From assembly GCA_002633005.1 (NCBI GenBank), contig NMRA01000178.1, forward strand, positions 472,062 through 536,061: 64,000 nt of DNA, given 5' to 3'. The notes under the pieces were generated by a model, which saw only the letters and a list, made by a program, of their open reading frames with translations, did no database searches and had not been told where the DNA came from. The DNA is from Phoronis australis (lineage: Eukaryota; Animalia; Phoronida). Made by a program: the position numbers and the translations under genes. Of this stretch, positions 51,280 to 62,131 are shown piece after piece (the stretch's first letter is position 1; every line of letters starts with the position of its first letter).

Positions 51280-52117
51280 TGATCGTGTTCACATCTGTCT
51301 CAAGTCAACAAAAATATCTTCGTCTGCATCTACTATTTCGAGGCATATCCGTTCGGCATCTACTGCGTCTAAAACATTTAAATCCATAAAACTGTGAAAT
51401 CTCCCAGTGCTATTTAGTATGTTTATGTCCTTGTATTACCATTGCAATACTGTATATTAACATTGGAATCTAGAGCTAAGCTCCGCAGAGACAAGAAATT
51501 GCAAGACCTTGCATGTCTTTGCACAAAGTATTACTCTAGGTGGTGACATTGTTTTCATGCGAGCGTCTCGGGTCCACACAGACACAGTCTTAACGTCCGA
51601 AATCTCGCAACTTCACGGATGCGCCAAGTCGTCTCCTCCAATGAGATTATTTCCATTTCGGTTTTCTTCTCTTTAAAATGCTTATCTGCAAAAACAAAAT
51701 GATCTATGCAAGAATTCACTTAAATAACATTCAAACAGCAATGTAGAATGACTTGTTGAAATGAGACGATTGTACGAAATAGCCCCTAAATTTCCAGTGC
51801 ATTTGTAGATTTTACTTCAATGAAAATGAATAAGAACTAAGTCCTTAAAGTAGGGAATTTGTTTCAAAAACTAAAATATCACTTGGTAAGTGAGCAACAC
51901 TGGTCGTAGACAGTTTCCTTCCTCAAAAATGTTAGGTTAAAAGGGTGTTTATTACAATTACATTTGTTTTGAGTGAAATATTAGCATTTGCGTAGTGTAC
52001 GTAACCCTATATTTTAATTTGTGCTTATTTTCGAAGTACGGCAGATATGCACATGAATGTTGCGCTTTTTATTTTTTCTCTTTGAGTTGATTTAGTAAAT
52101 CAACTAACTCTCAGTAG

Positions 52118-55100
52118 CATGCTATGAACAGTCCCACTAAATAACATTGGTCCTAACCCCGGTCGTCAAGGTAAACGGTGGGGTATGGAAAATTGAACTA
52201 GACCGTATTTATCCACCTTTGCTGAATCGCGCTCGGCTCACGATCAAAGGGATGCCGCCAAGCTGCTCTATTCATCGAGTCACGAGCGAGAATAATTGGC
52301 TTCGCTCATGCGGATAGGATCAGCTGATAACAATCTACCTAGCAGACTGTACTTTTTATGGAGAGAGTTACAAGTAGTTTTTACTGTAATATTTGAAAAG
52401 AGGAGCGAAAACAAATATGAGTACAACTTTGGATTTTTCAAATCGGCCCAGGATAAGAGAATTTGCAACACAGCAACACTCACGATTCCTTTCAATCGGC
52501 GCGCACGAATACAAAAATATAGGACCCAAGATATTTAGATTTTGGAACACATGCATTGCAATATTCAAAATACGTTTATTATGAATCTTACAAGTTGTAA
52601 AACGACGTTGTTTAATTTCATTGTGCTCATTCATTGTCATCCGTCAAATCTGCAATTTACGAGATGTGATCTGCAGCGTGCGCGTATGTGTACAAAACAC
52701 GTGATTGTTATGTTCCTGAAGTACGAAAATCAAGAAACTTTAGCATGCCGTTATTATTGACAGGGACACGATAAAACGAATTTGGATTTTGACTATAGTC
52801 TTGATAGAGCGAGCAGGCTGACCACTGCGTCAGTGTCTCTGTAAAGCTATGGTCACAACCCGCCGTGCGTGTTTATTGTTCGTACGTTTTCTGCGGACGC
52901 CACGGGCACCACGTTTTTCTGAAAACGTGAGTAGGGAGTGGCAAGCGCAGGGAGGACGTACGTCAACGCACGTCACCCGTAAGGTGTAAGTGCGTGACAC
53001 GTACGGCACGCCTGGCCGTGGGCGGCAGCTTTCAGCATACGTTGCGCACGTGGTAAGTGAGTTGTGCGTGCGTGTATCGTGCTTACCACGTACAATCTCC
53101 GTGCGATTGCCACGTTGTCGTACGGAGGCCGTACGTACACATGCAGCTGACGCACGCTTTCCTTACTCACTCGTACGTTGTAAGTGCGTGCAAGTACAAT
53201 GAACGTGAGTTTTTTTTCGCTTGCTGTCGGGTAGGTATATATAGGTCAATCTTCCGAGGTTTTCTAGATGTCCTAGCTCCTGCTGACTAAAGATGCCGCC
53301 AATTATTTCCAAGAGACTCATAATTCAGATGCTGCAAAAGCAGGTTCAAGTTGCAGCTCATGAAGATGACTTAGTGNNNNNNNNNNNNNNNNNNNNNNNN
53401 NNNNNNNNNNNNNNNNNNNNNNNNNNNNGATTCAGCGACGCATCAGTCGGCAAGTTTTCGCCCTGTGATGAGCACAATTTTTTGAAAAATTATCGTAATT
53501 TAACAACGGAAGTTCTTAGCAATGCACCACAATTTTGTAGAAAGACTGTCATAGGCTAAAAATACGTCACAGAGCGTAAATTTTATGAATCCTAGCTTCC
53601 GATTTTACCCGTTTGGGAAACCGGGTTTCAACTGCCGTAGGCTACAATAAGAATCCCCTCCCCGTGAAATGAATTTTTCTAAGCGTTTGTTAGAGCCAAT
53701 ACAGTATACAGCTTTCCACCAAGGCTAGGTGATGCTACGACATTATTCTTTGTTGCATTCGTAACTGTTCTTGGCTAATTATCATTTTATTGCCTGGTCA
53801 CCCATTCACCCAAAAAGTAGTTCTAGAGGTGGCTTATCAGCCAATTATTCACGCATGCTGACTCACAATAGAAGCCTGATAAGAGTGAAGGTGGATAAAT
53901 GCGGTGTTCCTACAGTTTCTTGTGCTAGTGGATGAGTTCACGAGATGATCATGCTATGAACAATTCCACTAAATAAGATTGGTCCTAACCCCAATGGTCA
54001 AGGTAAACGGTGGTGTTTGGAAAATTGAACTAGACCCTATTTATCCACTTTGGCTGAGTTGCACTCGGCTCACGATCAAAGGGATGCCGCCAAGCTGCTC
54101 TATTCATCGAGTCACGAGCGAGGATAATTGGTTTCGCTCATGCGGATATGATCAGCTGATTACAGTCTAGCCAGCAGATTGTACTTTTTATGGAGAGAGT
54201 TACAAGTAGTTTTTACTGTAATATTTGAAAAGAGGAGAGAAAACAAATATGAGTACGTCTTTGAATTTTTCAAATCGGCCCAGGATAAGAGATTTTGCAA
54301 CACAGCAACACTCACGATTACTTTCATTCGGCGCGCACTAATACAAAATATAGGACCCAAGTTATTTAGATTGTGGAACACATGCATTGCAATAATCAAA
54401 ATACGTTTATTATGAATCTTACAAGCTGTAAAACCACGTTGTTTAATTTCATTGTGCTCATTCATTGTCATCCGTCAAATCGGCAATTTCCGAGATGTGA
54501 TATGCGGCGTGCGCGTATGTACAAAACACGTGGTTGTTATGTTCCTGAAGTACGAAAATTAAGAAGCTTTAGCATGCCGTTACTATTGACAGGCACACGA
54601 TAAAACGAATTTGGTATTTGGCTATAGTCTTCATACAGCGAGCTGGCTGACCACTGCGTCAGTGTCTCCGTTAGACCCAGAAATTTCACACAGCCCGGGT
54701 AGTTCACCTCGTCCCCAACATGTAGATCGAGCCTTGGACTATAATACTCCACGTTGGAGCTAACGACCGTCGGCCTGTGCACACAAAATCTGTGAGTTAA
54801 CCAGCACTCACCTTGCACGTTGAAGCCGTTTAAGTGAAAAACAATCTAGTAAACGCTATTTTCTTGCATAATCCTCGGCCTTTTGTAACAAAAAAATCTG
54901 TCGCAGACGAACTTCAAAACAAACGTCACGTGACAACAACATGTGTGTTCATCCAGAGATTTTTCTCGTGTTGTGGGGTACGATGTAGCGCAGATTTGGA
55001 CTTAATCGCAATTAATCTGGACTCCACATGAACTTTAAAAATTGTAAAACATAAGGAAGATTTCAGGTACTTTGTTGAGTCGAAACTATATTTTTATTCA

Positions 55101-55648
55101 AGAGTTCATGTTTTCCTATTGACGATCGCGATTCAGCGAAGCATCGGTCGGCAAGTTTTCGCCCTGTGATGAGCACAATTTTTTGAAAAAATTTCGTAAT
55201 TTAACAACGGAAGTTGATAGCAATGCACCGCAGTTTTGTAGAAAGACTGTCATAGGCTACAAATACGTCACAGAGCGTAAATTTTATGAATCCTAGCTTC
55301 CGATTTTAGGGCCCATTTGGGAAACCGGGTTTCAACTGCCGTAGGCTACAATGAGCGTCCCCTCCCCGTGAAATGAATTTTTCTAAGCGTTTATTAGAGC
55401 CAATACAGTATACAGGTTTCCACCAAGGCTAGGTGATGTTACGACATTATTCTTTGTTGTTAGTAACTGGTCTTGGCTAATTATCATTTTATGTCCTGGT
55501 CATCCATTCAGCCAAAAGTAGTCCCTGAGGTGGCTTATCAGCCAATTATTCTCGCATGCTGACTCACAATAGAAGCCTGATAAGAGTGAAGGTGGATAAA
55601 TGCGGTGTTCCTACAGTTTCTTGTGGTAGTGGATGTGTTCCAGACATG
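52118..55648. mobile_element. Head-to-tail dimer of a ~1.7-kb element with imperfect CATG..GAACA..CCACTA TIRs
   Basis: Copy 2 spans 53950-55648; copy 1 spans 52118-53947 (52118-52840 matches 53950-54670; 53430-53940 matches 55130-55640) and is interrupted by another insertion at ~52845 and an N gap. Confidence 0.7.
52845..53376 (+). mobile_element. Possible Harbinger-like insertion (left end only, runs into gap)
   Basis: Breaks collinearity at taa|agctatggtcacaa; CGTA/TACG-rich subterminal region; ORF MPPIISKRLIIQMLQKQ... enters the N run. Confidence 0.35.
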
Positions 55649-57273
55649 GATTCTTAGTATTTAGTTACAAAGCTGACATGGCATTGAAATGTAGTGTACG
55701 TACCCCTGTGTAGTGTACGCACCCCGATGTGAACAAATGCCATGAAACAAAAATATTGCACGGTAAGTAAGCAACATTTGTCACAGACAGTTTCCTCCAT
55801 TAAAAATGCTAGGTTAAAAGGGTGTTAATTACAAATACATTTGTTTTGAGTGAAATATTAGCATTTGTGTAGTGTACGTACCCCTATATTTTAACACGTG
55901 CCTGTTTTCAAAGAATGACAGACCGATATGCACTCTTTATTTGTCCTCTTTGAATAGATTTGGTAAATGAACTAACTTTCAATGGATTCTAGGTATTTTT
56001 ATAAACCTGACAAATCATTGAAATGTAGTGTACGTACCTTCAACCTCTATGCTATAAAGTATTGCCCAGAATTATGTTTACATACTGCTGTTCTCATGAG
56101 CAATACTGATATTTCCAAAATAAATCTAGTCTGACAAAAAAACAATGGACATTATCAAATTTTGGGGCAATGAAATGCCACACAGGACTTGGCTAATACT
56201 AAACATCCTAGAAGATACGTCATGTGACAACTGATGTTGCAGAGGCAGGTTCTCTATCTCTCAAGACAACTTGCAATAAACCAACAAGTAGAGGCAACAC
56301 AAAACTCGAGACCATTCCATACATTTGTAACTTAGTCAAAGTTTGAAGTTGATTGACTGTGCGTAGTGTACGTACCCCCCAACCAATACCATTTTTACTG
56401 TTAACAAGTGGAACATTGAGCCTAGTATTGCTTTAACTATTTTAACCAACTGGTGAATGTATTGAAAACTAGACAAATATCACCGATCAATTTTTTGTAA
56501 AAAGTAGTTACTTGTCATTTTCTTTTCGTAAGAATCCTATTACAAGAGAGGAATTTCTCATTATACTGTGTTAAGATGTGCAATGTATCATCATCTAGAA
56601 CAACTTGATCAGCACGGTAATAACTTTTCTTACTTAAGTATGTGATACTTCTTCAATCTGATCAAGAACTGGTTAAATTAACAGCTCCCTTATGAATTTT
56701 TGCATGGTAGAAGTTGGCTGTGACCACAAGTTGTAGTGTAAGTACCCTTTTGTACAACTGTGATGCATTAGGCCATAAAATTTTATTCGGTGGTTCTTGT
56801 GCAAACACATTTTAGATTACAAACGTGGAATGATGGTACTTAAAAATAACCCAGCTTTTACAGTTATATGACAACCTTCATTTTTCACCAAAAGTGGCCA
56901 CCGAATATGGTCCTTGATTGTAAATTGGCCCGTACAGAACTTGTCACATTTAGTAAGAAGTGGTCTGCCGAGCACTAAACATGGTTGGGAGAGAGTGATC
57001 GTTTCCGCAGTAAAACATCTGGATTTTAGTTTGATATAGTGTTTTGTGATACGACAGTCTTACACGCTATCAAGTGCAATACAGGACACTTGCAAATACC
57101 AAGATTTAACTGAACGATTTGTAACATCTACTCATAACAATGGACACTACGTAGACAGAAACGAATGTCATAGAAACATTATCAAACGATAAGCAAATGA
57201 CAGCGCCAGATCGGTTATGAACATTTCCGGTATAGTCCACTTGCCGAATCCCAAAGAGACAGGGTTATAAATT

Positions 57274-58686
57274 ATGGTAAAGCGCAGGAAAACTCCGAAA
57301 CAGAAAACAAAAAAGCAGGCAAAGGGACAAAATACTCGCAGAAGAAAGCGAACACAATCAGCAAGAAGTGGAGCCGGATCACGAGGTAGAAATGGCAAAC
57401 GTTCTCGCTCAAATCCATGTTCCAAACGAGCTCGTCAAAATTCAAAGAGATCGCGCAGCCATTTAAGAAAGCCGGGAAAGAAACCAACTAGACGAACTAA
57501 CAAAAGCAGCAGTGCGAAACGGTGTAAACCAGCAAGTCAATATAGAAGAACTAGAGGCACAAAGTCCTTTAATAATTCAGCTATTATTGACGTAGATGGC
57601 ACGTCATCGAAACATATATCGACGTCATCCGTTACCAGCTCTAGGTCAAGTATTCCATCGAAAAGCAAAGATAAAGGAGACAAAAAAGACAAGGCGAAAA
57701 GACATAAAAAGAAGAACGGAAAATCTAAAAAGAAAAAAGGAGGAAAGGGGTGTTGCGCCAAGAAATCCGGATTCTGTTGTCGACCAAGCCTTATGGTGCC
57801 AATGCCAATGGGAGGTAACGTTTTACAGATTTTCCATTCAAATCATGTAAGGTTCTATACGATTCATTAAAGTTTTAAGGAGCAAAAAATCTTGCGTCAT
57901 GAATCCCAGTAAACTTCAACGAATATGGCATATCACTATTTTCATAGAATCAGCTGTTTTTGTAAAAACGTGTTTTACAGTTTTTGTTGAAAGTAGAAAT
58001 GACGCTTACTCATGTTGAATTAGTTTTTTTTTCTTTCTGGAACCTACATGTACGCCAAATCACCGTCAAGGCACCACATGAGTAGCTTTTGGAAATAATA
58101 TTAGGACGATGGTATGTCAACTAGAAGCGTCAACTGTTACAAATATCACCATTTCATTTCTCCTTATCTCACTTGTTGTTTTCTCTGGTGTCCTAATTCG
58201 TTTACATATCGTCTTTAACTTTCGGATCATAGTTACATCGTTGTTGATTTCATAGTTTTTTGTACATAAAGAAACTAGATGTTGGAATGCCGTGCAGTTA
58301 CCGACGGTTAAGAAGAGTAAAATAGTAAAAGTAAAACGACGAGCGTCGGTACTAAAATATATTAATTGATACATTCCCAACGTTTCGAGCGGTACGCGGT
58401 GACTCAGACTGCCGAATAGATAGATTTATAAAGTAGATGACCGCGTACCTCTCGAAACGTTGGGAATGTATCAATTAATATATTTTAGTACCGACGCTAG
58501 TCGTTTTACAATTGCTATTTTGTACATGTTTCTTGTAACCTGTGTCATGTTAAAGTAGCATGTTTTAGCCTAACTATTTTTAAATTAGGATGTTATGGTT
58601 GCGGGTGCCACCGTCCGCCATGCCGGCCAAGATGTCTTCCCATCCTGACACCAGCATATGTGATCGTCCACCGTTGGTTTTGCTAA
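57274..58686 (+). CDS. Cluster gene G, 212 aa: protamine-like basic exon plus Cys/Pro-rich exon
   Basis: Exon 1 57274-57814 (g|gtaacg), exon 2 58589-58686 (atttttaaattag; GCYGCGCHRPPCRPRCLPILTPAYVIVHRWFC*), phase 1, 639 nt; AATAAA at 58711. Confidence 0.82.
58331..58509. repeat. Long intronic inverted repeat: 70-bp arms, 39-nt loop
   Basis: 58331-58400 is the reverse complement of 58440-58509 with about 2 mismatches. Confidence 0.9.
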
Positions 58687-59255
58687 CAGAAAACTAAACC
58701 TTTACTGACTAATAAAGTAAAGTATGGCGTCAACTTTTGTATTTATTTTTAAACAAACACCGCTTTCATTGAAGCTGTCTCAGAGCAGCCATGCCATCCT
58801 CTAACGCTCTGTACTCATGACCAACAACCAAACATTCCTACCTATTCGTACTTTTGAACGTACGACCACGTAATGGGCATGCGTAGTCTATAACGGTTGG
58901 AAGACTATTCAAAACTGTTTCCACATATAGGGTACGTACCATGCTGACGACACCCTTCGATGCACAGGAGTAGTCGATGCCAGCGTATTCTGGTAGTGAC
59001 GTACATCCTGTAACAAAGACGATAAAATGAATAAATTTATCAATGGTATTCTTGAATGATTAGCATATTAGCATTAATGTTACGCTAGATGAAATACGCG
59101 TACATTGAACCAATTATCTCAACAGAACAATCAGTATCACGTGTACACAGACAATGACATCATTAAGCGAACACAAAACGCATGTTTCGAAATTGGTCTC
59201 TGTGAACAAATACTAGCCGATCACTTGCTGCGTTGTGTATCAGTGTTTGGGCAGT

Positions 59256-61727
59256 ATGCCTAGAAAGAGGAAGTCTTCGCAATCAACCAGTCAGGAAGGA
59301 GTGCGGAAAAGGAAAAGACAGCGTCCCAACACAAGTACGTCCATTAAGTCGACATATGACAACGTCAGTACTTCTTCCAGTGATGTCGTATTGAAGACAA
59401 CTCGGCATAGGTCTTTGGCGTGCGCAAAAAAGGATAGAACCAGAAGTAGGTCCCAAACTTCATCTCGTACAGGACAAAACGGGGCTACAGCACGAGGAAG
59501 CCGTAAAACGCGTGGTGTTTCGAGGCGAAGAAGCGATAAACTGTCAGCAAACAATTCGGCCTTTATTGATGAGTTGTCTTCTTCGGGCAGCTCGATATCA
59601 TCTGGCAGCAGTTACCGGTCGAATGCAAAAAGGAAGAAAAAGAAACAAGAAAAGAAAAGTTCGTTTAAAAACGGAAAAGAAATTAAAATGAAAGGTAGAA
59701 AGAAGGAAATAGCTACAAGAGGAAAAGACATAAGAAGAGCTAAAAGTGAAGGAAGAAGGAAAGGTACGTGTTACAGGAAAAATAAAGCCAAGGCAACATC
59801 CGGTGCAGCAAAAGTGAAAAAAATTCGTGAAAGATATAAAAAAGATAAAAAGAAAAACAAGAAAAAGAAAAATAAGGGTGAAGGTTTCCTAACAAAATTA
59901 AAAAGGCAGTTAAAGAAACTCGGGTTTGGAAAGAAAAAAACACGAAGACGAATAAAGCATATATGCAAACAAAAAGAGTGTAGACGATTCAGAGGATATC
60001 CTCCATTCTTAAAGACACCTTGCGCAGTGACGCAGCTACGAAGTTTATTGACTGGTCATGGCTATAGAATTCAAAACCCAGGCTTAAAGTTGGAGGATTT
60101 CAGATCAGTGATGCCCGGAATTGGAAAAAGTATGTGTTCATTTTTAATCTTCTTACTATTAACGTTTATTTATCTACTACGGATTTGGTCTCTACTGATG
60201 TTGCTTGGATGTTATGCAGCTTCACTGGTGAAAGTACGCAACGTTTCCACACGAGATGGTATGTCAGTTGCTAGTATGTCCGAATTACAGACATCGTCAT
60301 ATAGGGTGTTCTCAGACACTTGTCATGGTCCAAGGGTGAGATCCTAAGAGTGTTATTTGACACAGAAGCAAAAATATTTGGTAGAGTTCAATAGCTATCT
60401 CGCAGCGAGAAAAAGCTAGCCAAAATCACTAGCTCTCAATGAAAATTCACGGCAATATCTCGGGTATACTAGAGACGGCTTGCTTTTTAGCGAGGTCCTA
60501 GCGTTATTGAACTTGTTAATAAGACGTCAAAAATAGACAAGAGAAACCACTTTCAGTTGTTAATGAGCGGCATTCATTTCAAAATTACCATAAACTAGTT
60601 CAACTGACTCCACCACTCACACCAACTTTGGCGGTAGAGCGTTTTTTTCGCTGAACTGACAAACTATGTAATTCTCTTGCTGCAACCTAAAGAACACACA
60701 AAATGAGACTGCTTTTAAACAAATGCTTTGTACTGTTTTCCCTTCCTAATTGTATAGATGGCCTTTCTCACCAGTCTCACGATTTGCAGCTGCTTTATCC
60801 TGCGTCTTTCGTTCAAACGCAATTACATATTACTACGTTAATGCAATGAATTTCATTTTTAATTTATTTGCCTTAACGATGAGTCTGTATACATCAGTGA
60901 GAGTGGCCGAGAGTTCTCAGTCAGACTTAATGAATACAGGGCGGAGGTGGATGAGCTATCTCAGCTGAGGGTCACACGTTAAGAGATGGTCTGAGGTGGA
61001 GAGCACTGTAAACAAATCTGCAGTGGCTGATCGTGGTCTTGGTTTTAATCACGTAATTAACTGGGATGATGCACTTCCTGTTGGGTCAGAGGGTAATCTA
61101 AGATCTAGAGGGATAAGAGAGTCAATCTGGGTCAGGAAAAGTGGTTCAGTCGTGAACAGAGACGACGGAGGTTACATGTTGTCTAAAATTTGGAACAGCC
61201 TGATCACCACGCCACCTAGCGTCCAATAACTTCGAAAGATGGCTGCTGATAGGAGCCGAAACTGTCAAGGTACTCATGTTTTTTCTGGTTGTGAAAATAA
61301 GAAACTTTTACGCATTCTCGATTTATTTTGTGCTGCATATTGTTTTATGCTTCCATTCGTTATGATTTATTTTGTGCATCATTCAAGTGAGCCCTGGGAA
61401 GGACAGCAGTTTTGGCACTAAACTAAAGGTTTCATTTAAATTTTATTTCAAGAAAATCAGAAATACTGCGTCACTAGTTACATCAACGTCTCCACATCCA
61501 GCAGCAGCGACACCTGTTGCAAGAGGTACAGCTCGTGTAGCCGGCAATCGTGCTTCTCGTCGGGACACGCTATCAACCCGCGGGACTGCTGTGACTGTAA
61601 AGGCGACCCCTGTTGTATCAGAGCCCGATGCCGGGCGAAACCACCACATCACGACCCACGACACTGTCCTATAAGATTTCCCATCCCCGCACCACCACCA
61701 GTTATATTCACTGCGAGGTGTATTTAA
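59256..61727 (+). CDS. Cluster gene H, ~382-395 aa: long Lys/Arg/Ser-rich exon plus Cys-rich exon
   Basis: Exon 1 59256-60129 (a|gtatgt), optional 39-nt exon 60220-60258 (ttatgcag / g|gtatgt), last exon 61453-61727 (ttatttcaag; NQKYCVTSYINVSTSSSSDTCCKR...DCCDCKGDPCCIRARC...CI*). All phase 1; AATAAA at ~61773. Confidence 0.8.
60386..60512. mobile_element. MITE, CGTTCAGTAACGCTAGGACC family (copy 3, inverted, diverged)
   Basis: ttgctttttagcgaggtcctagcgttattgaac is the reverse complement of the left end of the 40200 copy. Confidence 0.6.
60985..61310 (+). mobile_element. 5'-truncated Penelope-like element (GIY-YIG endonuclease C-terminus plus pseudo-LTR)
   Basis: KSAVAD....NHVINWD...R.IRESIWVRK....NRDDGGYMLSKIWNSL is the characteristic C-terminus; followed by gatggct...agccgaaac. 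Confidence 0.8.
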
Positions 61728-62131
61728 ACAAACTCCATTATCCTAATTCAGATGTACCAGCAATACACGTGTAATAAATGAGTTTACTTGGATTGTTGAC
61801 TTTGAATCATCATATACAATGACACTCGCGTAATTCATGTAAATAAGTCGAGCAAGACAATTGGACATACGTAACGGACAAAACAAACAGTTATGTAAGC
61901 AATAATATTTAGCGCAATGGCAGGCGACGTTGAAATGTACAACAGTTTACATGTATAAGATGATGGCGAAAATGAAGATAAGTAAGAAAGGACAAACATG
62001 GTTGCAAAACGTTCTTGGAGAACAGAGCAATGCGTACTGTTGGACAGTCCTTCATCGCCCGCCATTAATTGACAATTCTCGAATGTCTGATAAACTCAAG
62101 TTTCACGAAACTACAACGTGAGAAACAGAAC

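Larger units (their letters stand above)
51850..56930. mobile_element. Host repeat with recurring GTAGTGTACGTACCCC motif, split by the insertion at 52118-55648
   Basis: 51880-52117 is collinear with 55758-55985; gtagtgtacgt(a)cc recurs at least 7 times. Confidence 0.55.

Noticed and set aside
50871-51397. Alternative-frame repeat ORFs (QLLEQHGP on -, TTVDHVVL on +)
   Set aside because: By-products of the 24-bp repeat; flanks and synonymous variation favour the Cys frame.
60130-60219. Hydrophobic 'TM helix' near the end of the 370-aa ORF
   Set aside because: Read-through of a T-rich intron bounded by gtatgt and tgcag.
57130-61830. ACAATG (Sox-like) and TAACGG (Myb-like) sites upstream of G, H and I
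   Set aside because: Hexamers expected by chance at this AT content; no positional evidence without TSS data.
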